A stretch of 15,069 nucleotides of DNA from Octopus sinensis (taxonomy: Eukaryota). The notes beneath the pieces are model-generated. The model searched no databases, was not told the DNA's origin, and worked only from the letters and a program-made list of their open reading frames with translations. This document shows positions 1 to 8,168 of this stretch, piece by piece (within the stretch, counting starts at the first letter, position 1; every line of letters starts with the position of its first letter). The DNA is taken from assembly GCF_006345805.1 (NCBI RefSeq), contig NW_021825602.1, positions 1 to 15,069 on the forward strand, written 5' to 3'. Both the position numbers and the translations under genes were made by a program.

Positions 1-185
1 GCGTAGCCGCTTTCGTCTGCCGTTACGTTCTGAGTTCAATTCCGCCGAGGTCGACTTTGCCTTTCATCCTTTCGGGGTCGATTAAATATTGTACCAGTTA
101 CGCACTGGGGTCGATATAATCGACTTAATCCGTGTGTCTGTCCTTGTTTGTTCCTTGTGTTTAGCCCTTGTGGGTATAAAGAAAT
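1..185 (+). mobile_element. tRNA-derived SINE family A, subfamily A1 (head cut by window edge)
   Basis: Colinear with the full copy at 8517-8748: B-box-like GAGTTCAATTCC, central GTCGACTTTGCCTTTCATCCTTTCGGGGTCGAT domain and A1 tail (TTTAGCCCTTGTGGGTATAAAGAAAT). Confidence 0.9.
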
Positions 186-325
186 GGGTACTTATTTTAT
201 CGGACCCCAGAGGATGGAAAGCAAAGTCGACCTCGGAAGAATTTGAACTCAGAACGAAAAATGGGCGAAATACCGGAAAGCATTTTAAAAAATTCGGGCA
301 AACGATTCTGCTCGCTCGGCCGACT
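186..325 (-). mobile_element. SINE family A, 5' part only, diverged
   Basis: Reverse complement matches the family A head and central domain (GCAAAGTCGACCTCGG...ATTTGAACTCAGAACG). Confidence 0.8.
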
Positions 326-330
326 TAATT

Positions 331-548
331 ATTATCCTTTCTACTTAATGCACAGGGCCTGAAATTTGGGGGAGGGGAACTAGTCGTTTAAAACAATGAC
401 CCCATTACTCAACTGGTATTTATTTCATCGACCCCGAAAGGATGAAAGGCAAAAATCAACCTCGGTGGAATTTGAACTCAGAACGTAACAGGCGAAATAG
501 CGCTCAGCATTTCGTTTTATCCGGCGTGCTAAGGCGGGCTCACCGCCT
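331..548 (-). mobile_element. SINE family A, subfamily A2 (near full length)
   Basis: Family A head and central domain plus the A2-specific 3' end (plus strand ATCCTTTCTAC...GGCCTGAAATTTGGGGGAGGGG), shared with 868-1080 and 9251-9466. Confidence 0.85.
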
Positions 549-549
549 T

Positions 550-867
550 ATTCTTGTATTCCTTTACCTGTTTCAGTCATTTAACTGCGGTCATGCTGGA
601 GCACCGCCTTTAGTCGAACAAATCGACCCCTGAACTTATTCTTTGTAAGCCTAGTACTTATTCTATCGGTCTCTTTGGCTGACGATGGATTGGGACAAAC
701 ACAGACACTTAAATACACCTTTCAGTCAACCAAATCACGCACAAGGTTTTGGTCGGCCTGAGGCTATAGTAGAAAAAACTTGGCCAAGGTGCCCACGCAA
801 TGGGACTGAACCCAGAACTATGTGGCTGGTAAGCAAGCTTTTTACCCACACAGCCACTTCTGCGCCT
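550..867 (-). mobile_element. SINE family B (tRNA head, CORE-like domain, probable RTE-type tail), internally deleted
   Basis: Colinear with 1127-1489 and 11877-12244. The minus strand has a tRNA-like head, a CCTTGGCCAAG CORE-like segment and the tail GGTGCTCCAGCATGACCGCAGT...GACTGAAACAGGTAAAG. Confidence 0.85.
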
Positions 868-1080
868 TATCCTTTCTGCTAAAGGTACGAAGCTTGAAAT
901 TTTGGGGGAGGGGACTAGTTGATTACATCGACCCCAGTGTTTCACTGGTACTTAATTTAGCGACTCCGAAAAGATGAAAAGCAAAGTTGACCTCGACGAA
1001 ATTTGAACTCAGAACGTAAAGACAGAGCAAATGCCGCTAAGCATTTTGTTCGGCGTGCTAACGAGTCTGCCAGCTTGCCC
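868..1080 (-). mobile_element. SINE family A, subfamily A2 (full length)
   Basis: Colinear with other A2 copies. Minus-strand A box TGGCAGACTCGT and B box GAGTTCAAATTTC. Confidence 0.9.

Positions 1081-1126
<46 letters not shown>
1081..1126. repeat. (TAT)n microsatellite
   Basis: About 15 perfect TAT units. Confidence 0.98.
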
Positions 1127-1127
<1 letters not shown>

Positions 1128-1489
1128 TCTCTTTTACTCTTTTACTTGTTTCAGTCATTTGACTGCGGCCATGCTGGAGCACCGCCCAGTACTTATTCTA
1201 TCGGTCTCTTTTGCCGAACCGCTAGGTTACGGGGACGTAAACACACCAGCATCGGTTGTCAAGCAATGCTAGGGGGACAAACACAGACACGCAAACACAC
1301 ACATACATATATATATACATATATACGACAGGCTTCTTTCAGTTTCCGTCTACCAAATCCACTCACAAGGCATTGGTCAGCCCGCGGCTATAGGAGAAGA
1401 CACTTGCCCAAGATGCCACGCAGTGGGACTGAACCCGGAACCATGTGGTTGGTTAGCAAGCTACTTACCACACAGCCACTCCTGCGCCT
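1127..1489 (-). mobile_element. SINE family B, full length with a ~43-nt internal deletion
   Basis: Minus-strand head AGGCGCAGGAGTGGCTGTGTGGTAAG, B box GGGTTCAGTCCC, CORE-like TCTTGGGCAAGTGTCTTC, internal (TA/TG)n and tail GCTCCAGCATGGCCGCAGTCAAATGACTGAAACAAGTAAAAGAG. Flanked by (TAT)n on both sides. Confidence 0.92.
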
Positions 1490-1614
1490 ATTATTATTAT
1501 TACTAATATTATTATTATTATTATTATTATTATTTTAATAATAATAATAATAATAATATAATAATAATATATAATATAATAATAAATTATTATTATTATT
1601 ATTATTATTGATAT
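1490..1614. repeat. Compound (TAT)n/(TAA)n microsatellite
   Basis: Alternating TAT and TAA blocks read directly. Confidence 0.95.
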
Positions 1615-1712
1615 TATTACCTTTTCTGCGCTAGGCACAACTGTTGACTTAATTTATCGACCCCGAAAGGATGACAGGCAAAGTTAGTCTGAGCAGAATT
1701 TGGACTCAGAAC
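1615..1712 (-). mobile_element. SINE family A2 fragment
   Basis: CTAGGCACAA...TTAATTTATCGACCCCGAAAGGATGACAGGCAAAG...TTGGACTCAGAAC matches the A2 copies. Confidence 0.75.
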
Positions 1713-1816
1713 CTGTATTTTGTCCGATAGCGATTCTGTTTGTTTACCACCTAAAAATAAGTAAGAAAAGGTTACGGCTTAGAGAGGACGAAGTCTTCGC
1801 TTTGTTAAAGGTTAGC

Positions 1817-1822
1817 ATGTGC

Positions 1823-1879
<57 letters not shown>

Positions 1880-2851
1880 AATGATTTACACGTACTTATA
1901 TGAGTGATTGGACGAGGGTAAGGGAGAGGTAAGAAATGTGAAGGTAGTAGTTTTGATGGATGTTGTGTGTGTGTTGGCGTGGTTCATGACTCTACACGAG
2001 GACGTGTGTGAGGAGAAATACAGATAGAGAGAGAGAGAGACAGTGAGGGGGAAAGGGTGATAGAAAGATGGACAGGTAAATAGAGAGAGAGAAAGAGAGA
2101 GAAAGAGGAGAGAGATATGGAGTGTGTATGCGGAGGAACGGGATAGATAGACCGGGGCAGAGAAAGATGTGTTTTGTGTGTGTGTGTGCGTGCGAAGGAA
2201 TATACAAAGACAAAGAGAGAGAAAGATAGATAGAGAAAGAGAGGGAGAGAGAGGGAGACGGAGACGGAGAGAGAGAGAGAGAAAGAGAAGGAGCGTGGGG
2301 GAAGGTGAGTGTACACGTTGATAAAGAAGAGAAGAGAGTGTTGGGTGGAGGGAGGGAATACACTGATAGCGAAGGAGAAATATAGAGAATATATATATAT
2401 ATATATATATATATTTTGTAAAAATGAAGTTCGAAAATGCTGCTATATATATACATATATATATATATATATCTATATATATATAGAGAGAGAAGAGAGA
2501 GAGAGAGAGACAGAGACAGACAGACAGACAAATGGATAGATAGATAGATAGATTGATAGATAGAGAGGTAGAGACAGACAGATAGAGAGAGATATGGATA
2601 GATAGATAGATAGATAGAGAGAGATAGCGAAAGAGAGATAGAGATAGATATAGACAGATAGATAGGGAGAGAGAATGAGTGAGTGTGTGAAGAATATACA
2701 GATGAAGAAACAAAGAGAGAGGGGGAGGGATCCGGGGGTGGGGAATGAGGGTATTTGGGTGCATGTTTAAGGCGAAAGTTTGCGTAAGTGGGATTGAGAG
2801 TAATATAAAACGACTGTGTGCTTCCGAGTGTGCACGTGGGCATGTGCGACT

Positions 2852-2922
<71 letters not shown>

Positions 2923-3101
2923 AGTGAAAGAGGAGGGAGGGAATGAGACACTCAGAAACACAGAGCGGAAAGGGAGAGGTGCATGTCACATGTCTGTGTT
3001 TGTGTGTGTAGGGGAGAGGGTAAAGTTAGATGGGATTGTGGGTTTGTGATTCTGTACACACTCAAACATACAAACACAGGCATACAAATATACATAATAC
3101 A

Positions 3102-3143
<42 letters not shown>

Positions 3144-3200
3144 GTATACACACGCGCACACACACATATATACATAAACATATATGTGCGTGCGCGTGTG
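1817..3200. repeat. Compound low-complexity block: (TG)n, GA-rich purine tract, (TA)n, (GATA)n, (GA)n, (CA/TA)n
   Basis: Read directly. It accounts for the 367-aa, 319-aa and neighbouring S/L-rich ORFs. Confidence 0.95.
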
Positions 3201-3210
3201 CGTAATATAC

Positions 3211-3299
3211 CTGGAAGTAATAATCCATTCAACGGAACCGCAGTCATAAGCCGTTGGGAAGCAATCGTAATTCCGCTCTTCTGTCTTCGGAAGTCTCAT
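3211..3299 (-). other. Candidate coding exon segment of an unidentified gene (tentative)
   Basis: Minus strand AAAATG at 3302-3297, an open frame MRLPKTEERNYDCFPTAYDCGSVEWIITS(R), then a donor-like CAG|GTATAT at 3211/3210 exactly where unique sequence gives way to microsatellite. No homology recognised. Confidence 0.2.
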
Positions 3300-3859
3300 T
3301 TTAGTATTTCCTGCTTACTTCCGAAATCTACATCCGCCAGGGTTGCTCCAGCCTGACCGACACGCTTCTTAATTGCCCTCGTGTGGCTGTCTTAACTGAA
3401 TTTCTCACGAGCGTGAAAAGCGGTTGGTGTCGGATGGAAGAGAGAGACGGCCTCCTTCCTGGAGAGAGTCACAGAAATACAATTGGTTTGAGCGGTCTTT
3501 TATTATCGGTGATTCCTTGCATTGGCACCGATAGGAATTTACATTGGCACCAACAGGTATATCGTCCATTGAATCGGTCCACAAGTTTTAATCAATCATT
3601 TTGGATGGTGTACAGAATGGTGTACTTGTGTTAGAATTGGATCCTCATCCACTTGTATGTTGTTGTCGGCACTGTGATGTTGTGGCGGTATCCCTCGCCT
3701 GATTATCTTCGACTCTCCTATCGTTCTATCGCTGGTAGCTCCGCAAGACAATGTCTTTGAAACGTAATGCCGAGTAAATGGACAGACTATAGTTAAGCCC
3801 CAGGTTCGGTGATTATGCGAATGAGGTGTCCAACGTAGATCATATATCAGTATGCATGT

Positions 3860-4247
3860 GGAGGCGCAATGGCCCAGTGGTTAGGGCAGCGGACTCGCGG
3901 TCGTAGGATCGCGGTTTCGATTCCCAGACCGGGCGTTGTGAGTGTTTATTGAGCGAAAACACCTAAAAGCTCCACGAGGCTCCGGCAGGGGATGGGGGTG
4001 ATCCCTGCTGTACTCTTTCAACCCACAACTTTCTCTCACTCCTCTTCCTTCCTTTTCTGTTGTACCTGTATTTTCAAAGGGCCGGCCTTGTCACTCTCTG
4101 TGTCACGCTGAATCTCCCCGAGAACTACGTTAATGGTACACGTGTCTGTGGAGTGCTCAGCCACTTACACGTTAATTTCACGAGCAGGCTGTTCCGTTGA
4201 TTCGGATCAACCGGAACCCTCGTCGTCGTAACCGACGGAGTGCTTCC
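3860..4247 (+). mobile_element. tRNA-derived SINE family C (full length)
   Basis: A box TGGCCCAGTGG (3870-3880), B-box-like GGTTTCGATTCCC (3913-3925), 3' ~170 nt shared with 13722-14032, and an A-rich tail after 4247. Confidence 0.88.
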
Positions 4248-4264
4248 AAAAAAATATAAAAATC

Positions 4265-4613
4265 AACAGAATGAGATAAAAAAAAACATGGCTGTGAATG
4301 ATTTCAGAGCATTTATAAAGAGGTCTTACAGCTGTTTCCGGGATATTTTATATATCCCTTCATCAGAGACGGTGCGAGAAAATGGTTCAGCAGTAGTTAT
4401 TCTAGAGAAGAAATGAAATACAGTGTAGAGTGGAGGGATGGAAAACAGACGTGAGATACGTAAGGATATTGTATCTGCAGTTCCATTATTTAAGCAGAAT
4501 GGTATGCATATGAGTTTCCTGTACCTTGTGTGTAAGTTCCAATGGTAAGAGCTTCTCTTTATAAATGTTATGAAATCTTTCACAGCCTTGGAATTTTTTT
4601 ATCTCATTCTGTT
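4265..4613 (-). mobile_element. Probable Penelope-like retroelement remnant with an inverted terminal duplication
   Basis: Arms 4265-4329 and 4545-4613 are imperfect inverted repeats enclosing a hammerhead motif. The Penelope assignment rests on the known PLE-hammerhead association, as no RT or GIY-YIG sequence is present. Confidence 0.6.
4323..4370 (-). ncRNA. Minimal type I hammerhead ribozyme motif (HHR-1)
   Basis: Minus strand GUCU CUGAUGA A GGGAUAU-AUAAA-AUAUCCC G GAAA C-AGCU-G UA|AGAC. Intact core, 4-bp helix I, 7-bp helix II, palindromic helix III ACAGCUGU and a GUA triplet with predicted cut between 4327 and 4326. Confidence 0.78.
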
Positions 4614-4615
4614 AA

Positions 4616-4620
<5 letters not shown>

Positions 4621-4690
<70 letters not shown>
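4621..4690. repeat. (CT)n then (CTAT)n microsatellite
   Basis: Read directly. Confidence 0.97.
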
Positions 4691-4691
<1 letters not shown>

Positions 4692-4792
4692 CAGTGCGTA
4701 ACTGGTACTTATTTAATCGATCCCGACAGGATGAAAGGCAAAGTCGACCTCGGCGGAATTTGAACTCAGAACGTAACGGCAGACGGAATACC
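4691..4792 (-). mobile_element. SINE family A internal fragment
   Basis: Near-identical to 4873-4975 of the adjacent full copy. Confidence 0.88.
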
Positions 4793-5028
4793 TATTTTTT
4801 TACTACCCACAAGGGGCTAAACACAGAGAAGACAAACAAGGACAGACAAAGGGATTAAGTCGATTATATCGACCCCAGTGCGTAACTGGTATTTATTTAA
4901 TCGATCCCCGAAAGGATGAAAGGCAAAATCGACCTCGGCGGAATTTGAACTCAGAACGTAACGGCAGATGAAATACAGCTACGCATTTCGCCCGGCGTGC
5001 TAGCGTTTCTGCCAGCTCACCACCGCCT
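4793..5028 (-). mobile_element. SINE family A1 (full length)
   Basis: Reverse complement is colinear with 8517-8748 end to end. Confidence 0.93.
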
Positions 5029-5619
5029 TTTTTGTTGTCAATAATGTGCTCTGACTGCCTGCATCTATGTCAGTATGTTTGTCTCTCCTACCATCAACTG
5101 GGAGCCATCAATTGTTTTCAGACCAAACTGTAGCGACAAAATTTGATTATAACGAGAAACCCCTATTCCAGCCCAACTAATACAATTAAAAACATTGCAG
5201 AAATCAGATTCACCTATTTACGGTTTTTTGTATGTAAATTTTCTATGTATGTTGAAACTGATTTCGCCATTTCTAAAACTCGTGTTTGTCTTTACAATTT
5301 GAATTCTATTTATTTATTTGGCATATTTTCGATTTAAAAAAAATTAAAAACAAAGATTATTAAGTTATAAAGATTTTAGAAATATGGCAACGGTGCCTTT
5401 GTCAGAGACATTCGTCTTGTTTCATGAAATTAAATGGCTTCCAGCGGTGGGAATTGAAATCGCGACGCGTTCCCAAATGGCAGTGAACTAACCTCAGGAT
5501 GTAGGGCACTTGCCATAAATTAATCTTTTACTTTAGATTAAAAGAAATGATTTAATTTTAGTAAAAATACATTAATAGAATATATACAATATGTGTATAC
5601 AATTATATTACAATTTATA

Positions 5620-5640
5620 CATATAAAATACTATATATAT

Positions 5641-5680
<40 letters not shown>

Positions 5681-5701
5681 TACACACATCACACACACAC
5701 A
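5620..5701. repeat. (TA)n/(GA)n/(CA)n compound microsatellite
   Basis: Read directly. Confidence 0.9.
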
Positions 5702-5795
5702 TATTAACATTTTAGGGAATAATATGTATTCCAGGTTATCAGGACATTTTACTATTTTACTCTTTATTAAAGCAATGTAAACAGTATCATTTATA

Positions 5796-5934
5796 ATATT
5801 ATTACAAATTTGGGGTTTTACCAATGGAACCGCAAATTCTATTTCAGGATAACCTCATTGTATTCCATACAATAAGGTTATCCTGAAATAGGAGTTGCGA
5901 TTCTGTTGGTAAAATCCCAAACTTGTAATAATAT
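5796..5934. repeat. Foldback palindrome with 67-bp arms and 5-nt loop (MITE-like)
   Basis: 5796-5862 aligns without gaps to the reverse complement of 5868-5934 at 59/67 identity. Loop TTCCA. Confidence 0.9.
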
Positions 5935-5940
5935 CATATA

Positions 5941-6440
5941 CTAGCAGTATCGCCCGGCGTTGCTCGGGTTTGTTTCGACCCTTTAGAATTTGAATTTTTG
6001 AAAAGTAAAATTTTTGCATTATGTCGCTTGTTATTCTCTTTAAGTGGACATTTTTCTGGTTGAAATACACCGAAAAATGGAGACACAGCAGTCAAAGAAT
6101 CGTAAAAAATAGGGATTTTCGTAGAAAAAAAGCACCATTTTGATGCAAATAATTTTTGGTGTTAACATGGTCCGATTTGAATTTTTTCTTCTATGGAAGG
6201 AAAAGCAAGCCTTCGTCTATCAGCCTCTCAATTTTGGTCAACTTGCGCCGCAGGGGGTTTTTAGAGTCAGGTATTTGACTGCTATTTCGGCATGGTGGTG
6301 TCTCTCAGATACCCTTATTTATAGTTATAAAAAAATTACTACCTTTGTATGGTATTTATTCCTATGCTGGTTACTTGATAATATCGATATTTAAAATATC
6401 GATATTATCCTTATTTATAAATTTATATATATATATATGA
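5941..6440 (-). mobile_element. Non-autonomous Helitron, copy 1
   Basis: The minus-strand 3' end has the GC hairpin CCCGAGCAACGCCGGG (5968-5953) and CTAG|T at 5941. The putative 5' end is A|TC-ATATAT at 6440. 5941-6255 is shared with copy 2. The 5' boundary is less certain. Confidence 0.78.
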
Positions 6441-6469
6441 TGGATTCTTCCGCCGAAGACGATGTATAA

Positions 6470-6737
6470 GTGTTCAGTTTTTGCTGAAGAACCTGCACAA
6501 ATGTTTTTTTTTTTTAACAGTGATCAAATGTCTGTGCTGTACATTAGCTGACGGCCTCCATCAAAGCAGCATTGTCCGTTCAGATGCGTAAGTGTGTGGC
6601 ACACATCAAATGTCGAAATGATCGCGGAGCAACGTGAAGCGAAGAGTTTAGCTGAAGAATACAACGCACTGCTTGGTCCGGGAATCGAACCACGATCTAG
6701 TGATTGTGAGTGCAAGACTTAAACAACTAGGCCACAC
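6470..6737 (-). mobile_element. tRNA-derived CORE-like SINE, family D
   Basis: Minus strand GTGGCCTAGTTG (A box), GGTTCGATTCCC (B box) and GCGTTGTATTCTTCAGC...TTCACGTTGCTCC related to the heads at 13096 and 14032. The 3' boundary is approximate. Confidence 0.75.
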
Positions 6738-6786
6738 ACACACACACATATATAGAGAGAGACAGACATATAGTCATACAGAGGTC

Positions 6787-6992
6787 TGTGTGTGTTTGGG
6801 TGTGTGTTTCTCTCCGCCAACCGCTTGACAACCGGTGCTGGTGTGTTTACATCCCAGTTACCTAGCGGATCGACAAAACAGACCGATAAAATAAATAACA
6901 GGCTTGAAAAATAAGTAGTGGAGTCGACTTGTTCGACTACAATTCTTTAAGGTGGTGCTCCAGCATGGCTGCAGCCAAAGGAAATAGTAAAA

Positions 6993-6995
<3 letters not shown>
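6787..6995 (+). mobile_element. SINE family B, 3' half only
   Basis: CGCTTGACAACCGGTGCTGGTGTGTTTAC...GGTGCTCCAGCATGGCTGCAGCC...GTAAAAGA. Confidence 0.85.
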
Positions 6996-7045
<50 letters not shown>

Positions 7046-7059
7046 TTCTTTATAGGTAT

Positions 7060-7283
7060 GTGTGTGTGTGTGAGTGTTTGCCTCGCCATCACCGCTTGAG
7101 AACCGGTGTTGGTGTGTTTACATTCCCCGAAATTTAGCGGTTCAGCAAAAGCGACTGATAGAAGAAGTACTAGGCTTACAAACAATAAGTCATGGGGTCG
7201 ATTTGTTCGACTAAAATCCCCTGAAGGCGGTGCTCCAGCATGGCCGCAGTCAAATGGCTGACACAAGTAAAAGCGTAAAAGAA
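7060..7283 (+). mobile_element. SINE family B, 3' half only (second tandem copy)
   Basis: Same module order as 6787-6995, ending GGCGGTGCTCCAGCATGGCCGCAGTCAAATGGCTGACACAAGTAAAAGCGTAAAAGA. Confidence 0.88.
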
Positions 7284-7689
7284 GACGCATACAGGTAGCC
7301 GCGTCCAATTGTGCGGTTAATTAGATGAGGGAGGTGACAAGACGATATTTATGGAGTTCCGTAAACAATGGCGAAGATGGTCAGCCACAACTTGTGAAAC
7401 GTTTATTACGAGGTGTCATCTCAGTAAAGTGTCGTCTGTTTGGGACGATGTGGACGCTGGAGAGACCTTTGCTGGAAGCCAGGGCATCAATGGACAGTAA
7501 ATGAGACCCGCATCGCAGTAATTAAAATGGTGGCGTTGGTGGGATGGACGCGGATCTTCATTTTGATTTGTAACGATTTGGTTCTATTTGTGCCCGGAAA
7601 AACATTGATTAATGTGAAAGCAAATTAAAATCTAAAAGTCAGCAACAAAACATTGCCAAATGAAGATATACATACATACATAGAAACAC

Positions 7690-7763
<74 letters not shown>

Positions 7764-7790
7764 TATATATATATATAATATATATATACT
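7690..7790. repeat. (TATC)n then (TA)n microsatellite
   Basis: Read directly. Confidence 0.97.
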
Positions 7791-7820
7791 TTATTTAAAG
7801 CAGCAGAAAATTCAACAAAA

Positions 7821-7860
7821 CCTATTACTCTGAGTTTCCCGTTGCTGTTCATCGGACAGT
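7821..7860 (-). ncRNA. Degenerate or variant minimal hammerhead motif (HHR-3)
   Basis: Minus strand ACUGU CCGAUGA A CA-GCAA-CG G GAAA CUCAGAG UA|AUAGG. Core has U4>C, helix II has one mismatch around a GNRA loop, helix III is self-complementary and the triplet is GUA. Confidence 0.45.
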
Positions 7861-7936
7861 TTTTGCATATTACTCTACCACTGGTATATGAGTACTCTTT
7901 TTTCCACCTTGTTTCATATTTATGTGTTTACTCCGG

Positions 7937-8010
<74 letters not shown>

Positions 8011-8131
8011 CTGCCTGTCTCTCCCCTGTCTGTCTGTCTGTCTGTCTCTCACATACATGTGTGTGTGTGTGTGATCATACAATAACCACGATCATTAAGA
8101 TCTTAAGCAAATTACACATACACACACACTC

Positions 8132-8165
<34 letters not shown>
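7937..8165. repeat. Compound (TA)n/(TG)n/(CTGT)n/(CT)n microsatellites
   Basis: Read directly. Confidence 0.9.

Positions 8166-8168
<3 letters not shown>

Noticed and set aside
89-1538. Short ORFs across the SINE stack
   Set aside because: All lie within SINE copies or TAT repeats, and the same peptides recur wherever the SINE recurs.
1490-1614. TAT/TAA blocks able to form AT-rich cruciforms
   Set aside because: An expected by-product of abundant microsatellites.
1886-2989. 367-aa and 319-aa minus-strand ORFs
   Set aside because: Translations of CT/TA/CA microsatellites, with no domain or splice structure.
3860-3935. Possible tRNA gene
   Set aside because: No acceptor stem, altered B box, and it continues into a SINE body.
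4326-4583. 85-aa minus ORF overlapping HHR-1
   Set aside because: No RT or GIY-YIG motifs, and it crosses the inversion junction.
5383-5518. Short imperfect inverted repeat TATGGCAA(CG)GTGCC / GGCACTTGCCATA around a weak B-box-like sequence
   Set aside because: Only ~14 bp, single copy in the window and no TSD, so insufficient to call a MITE or SINE.
6484-6500. CTGAAGA hammerhead half-core (also at 6652 and 11795, and CTGACGA at 678)
   Set aside because: No helix II followed by GAAA and NUH with helix I pairing.
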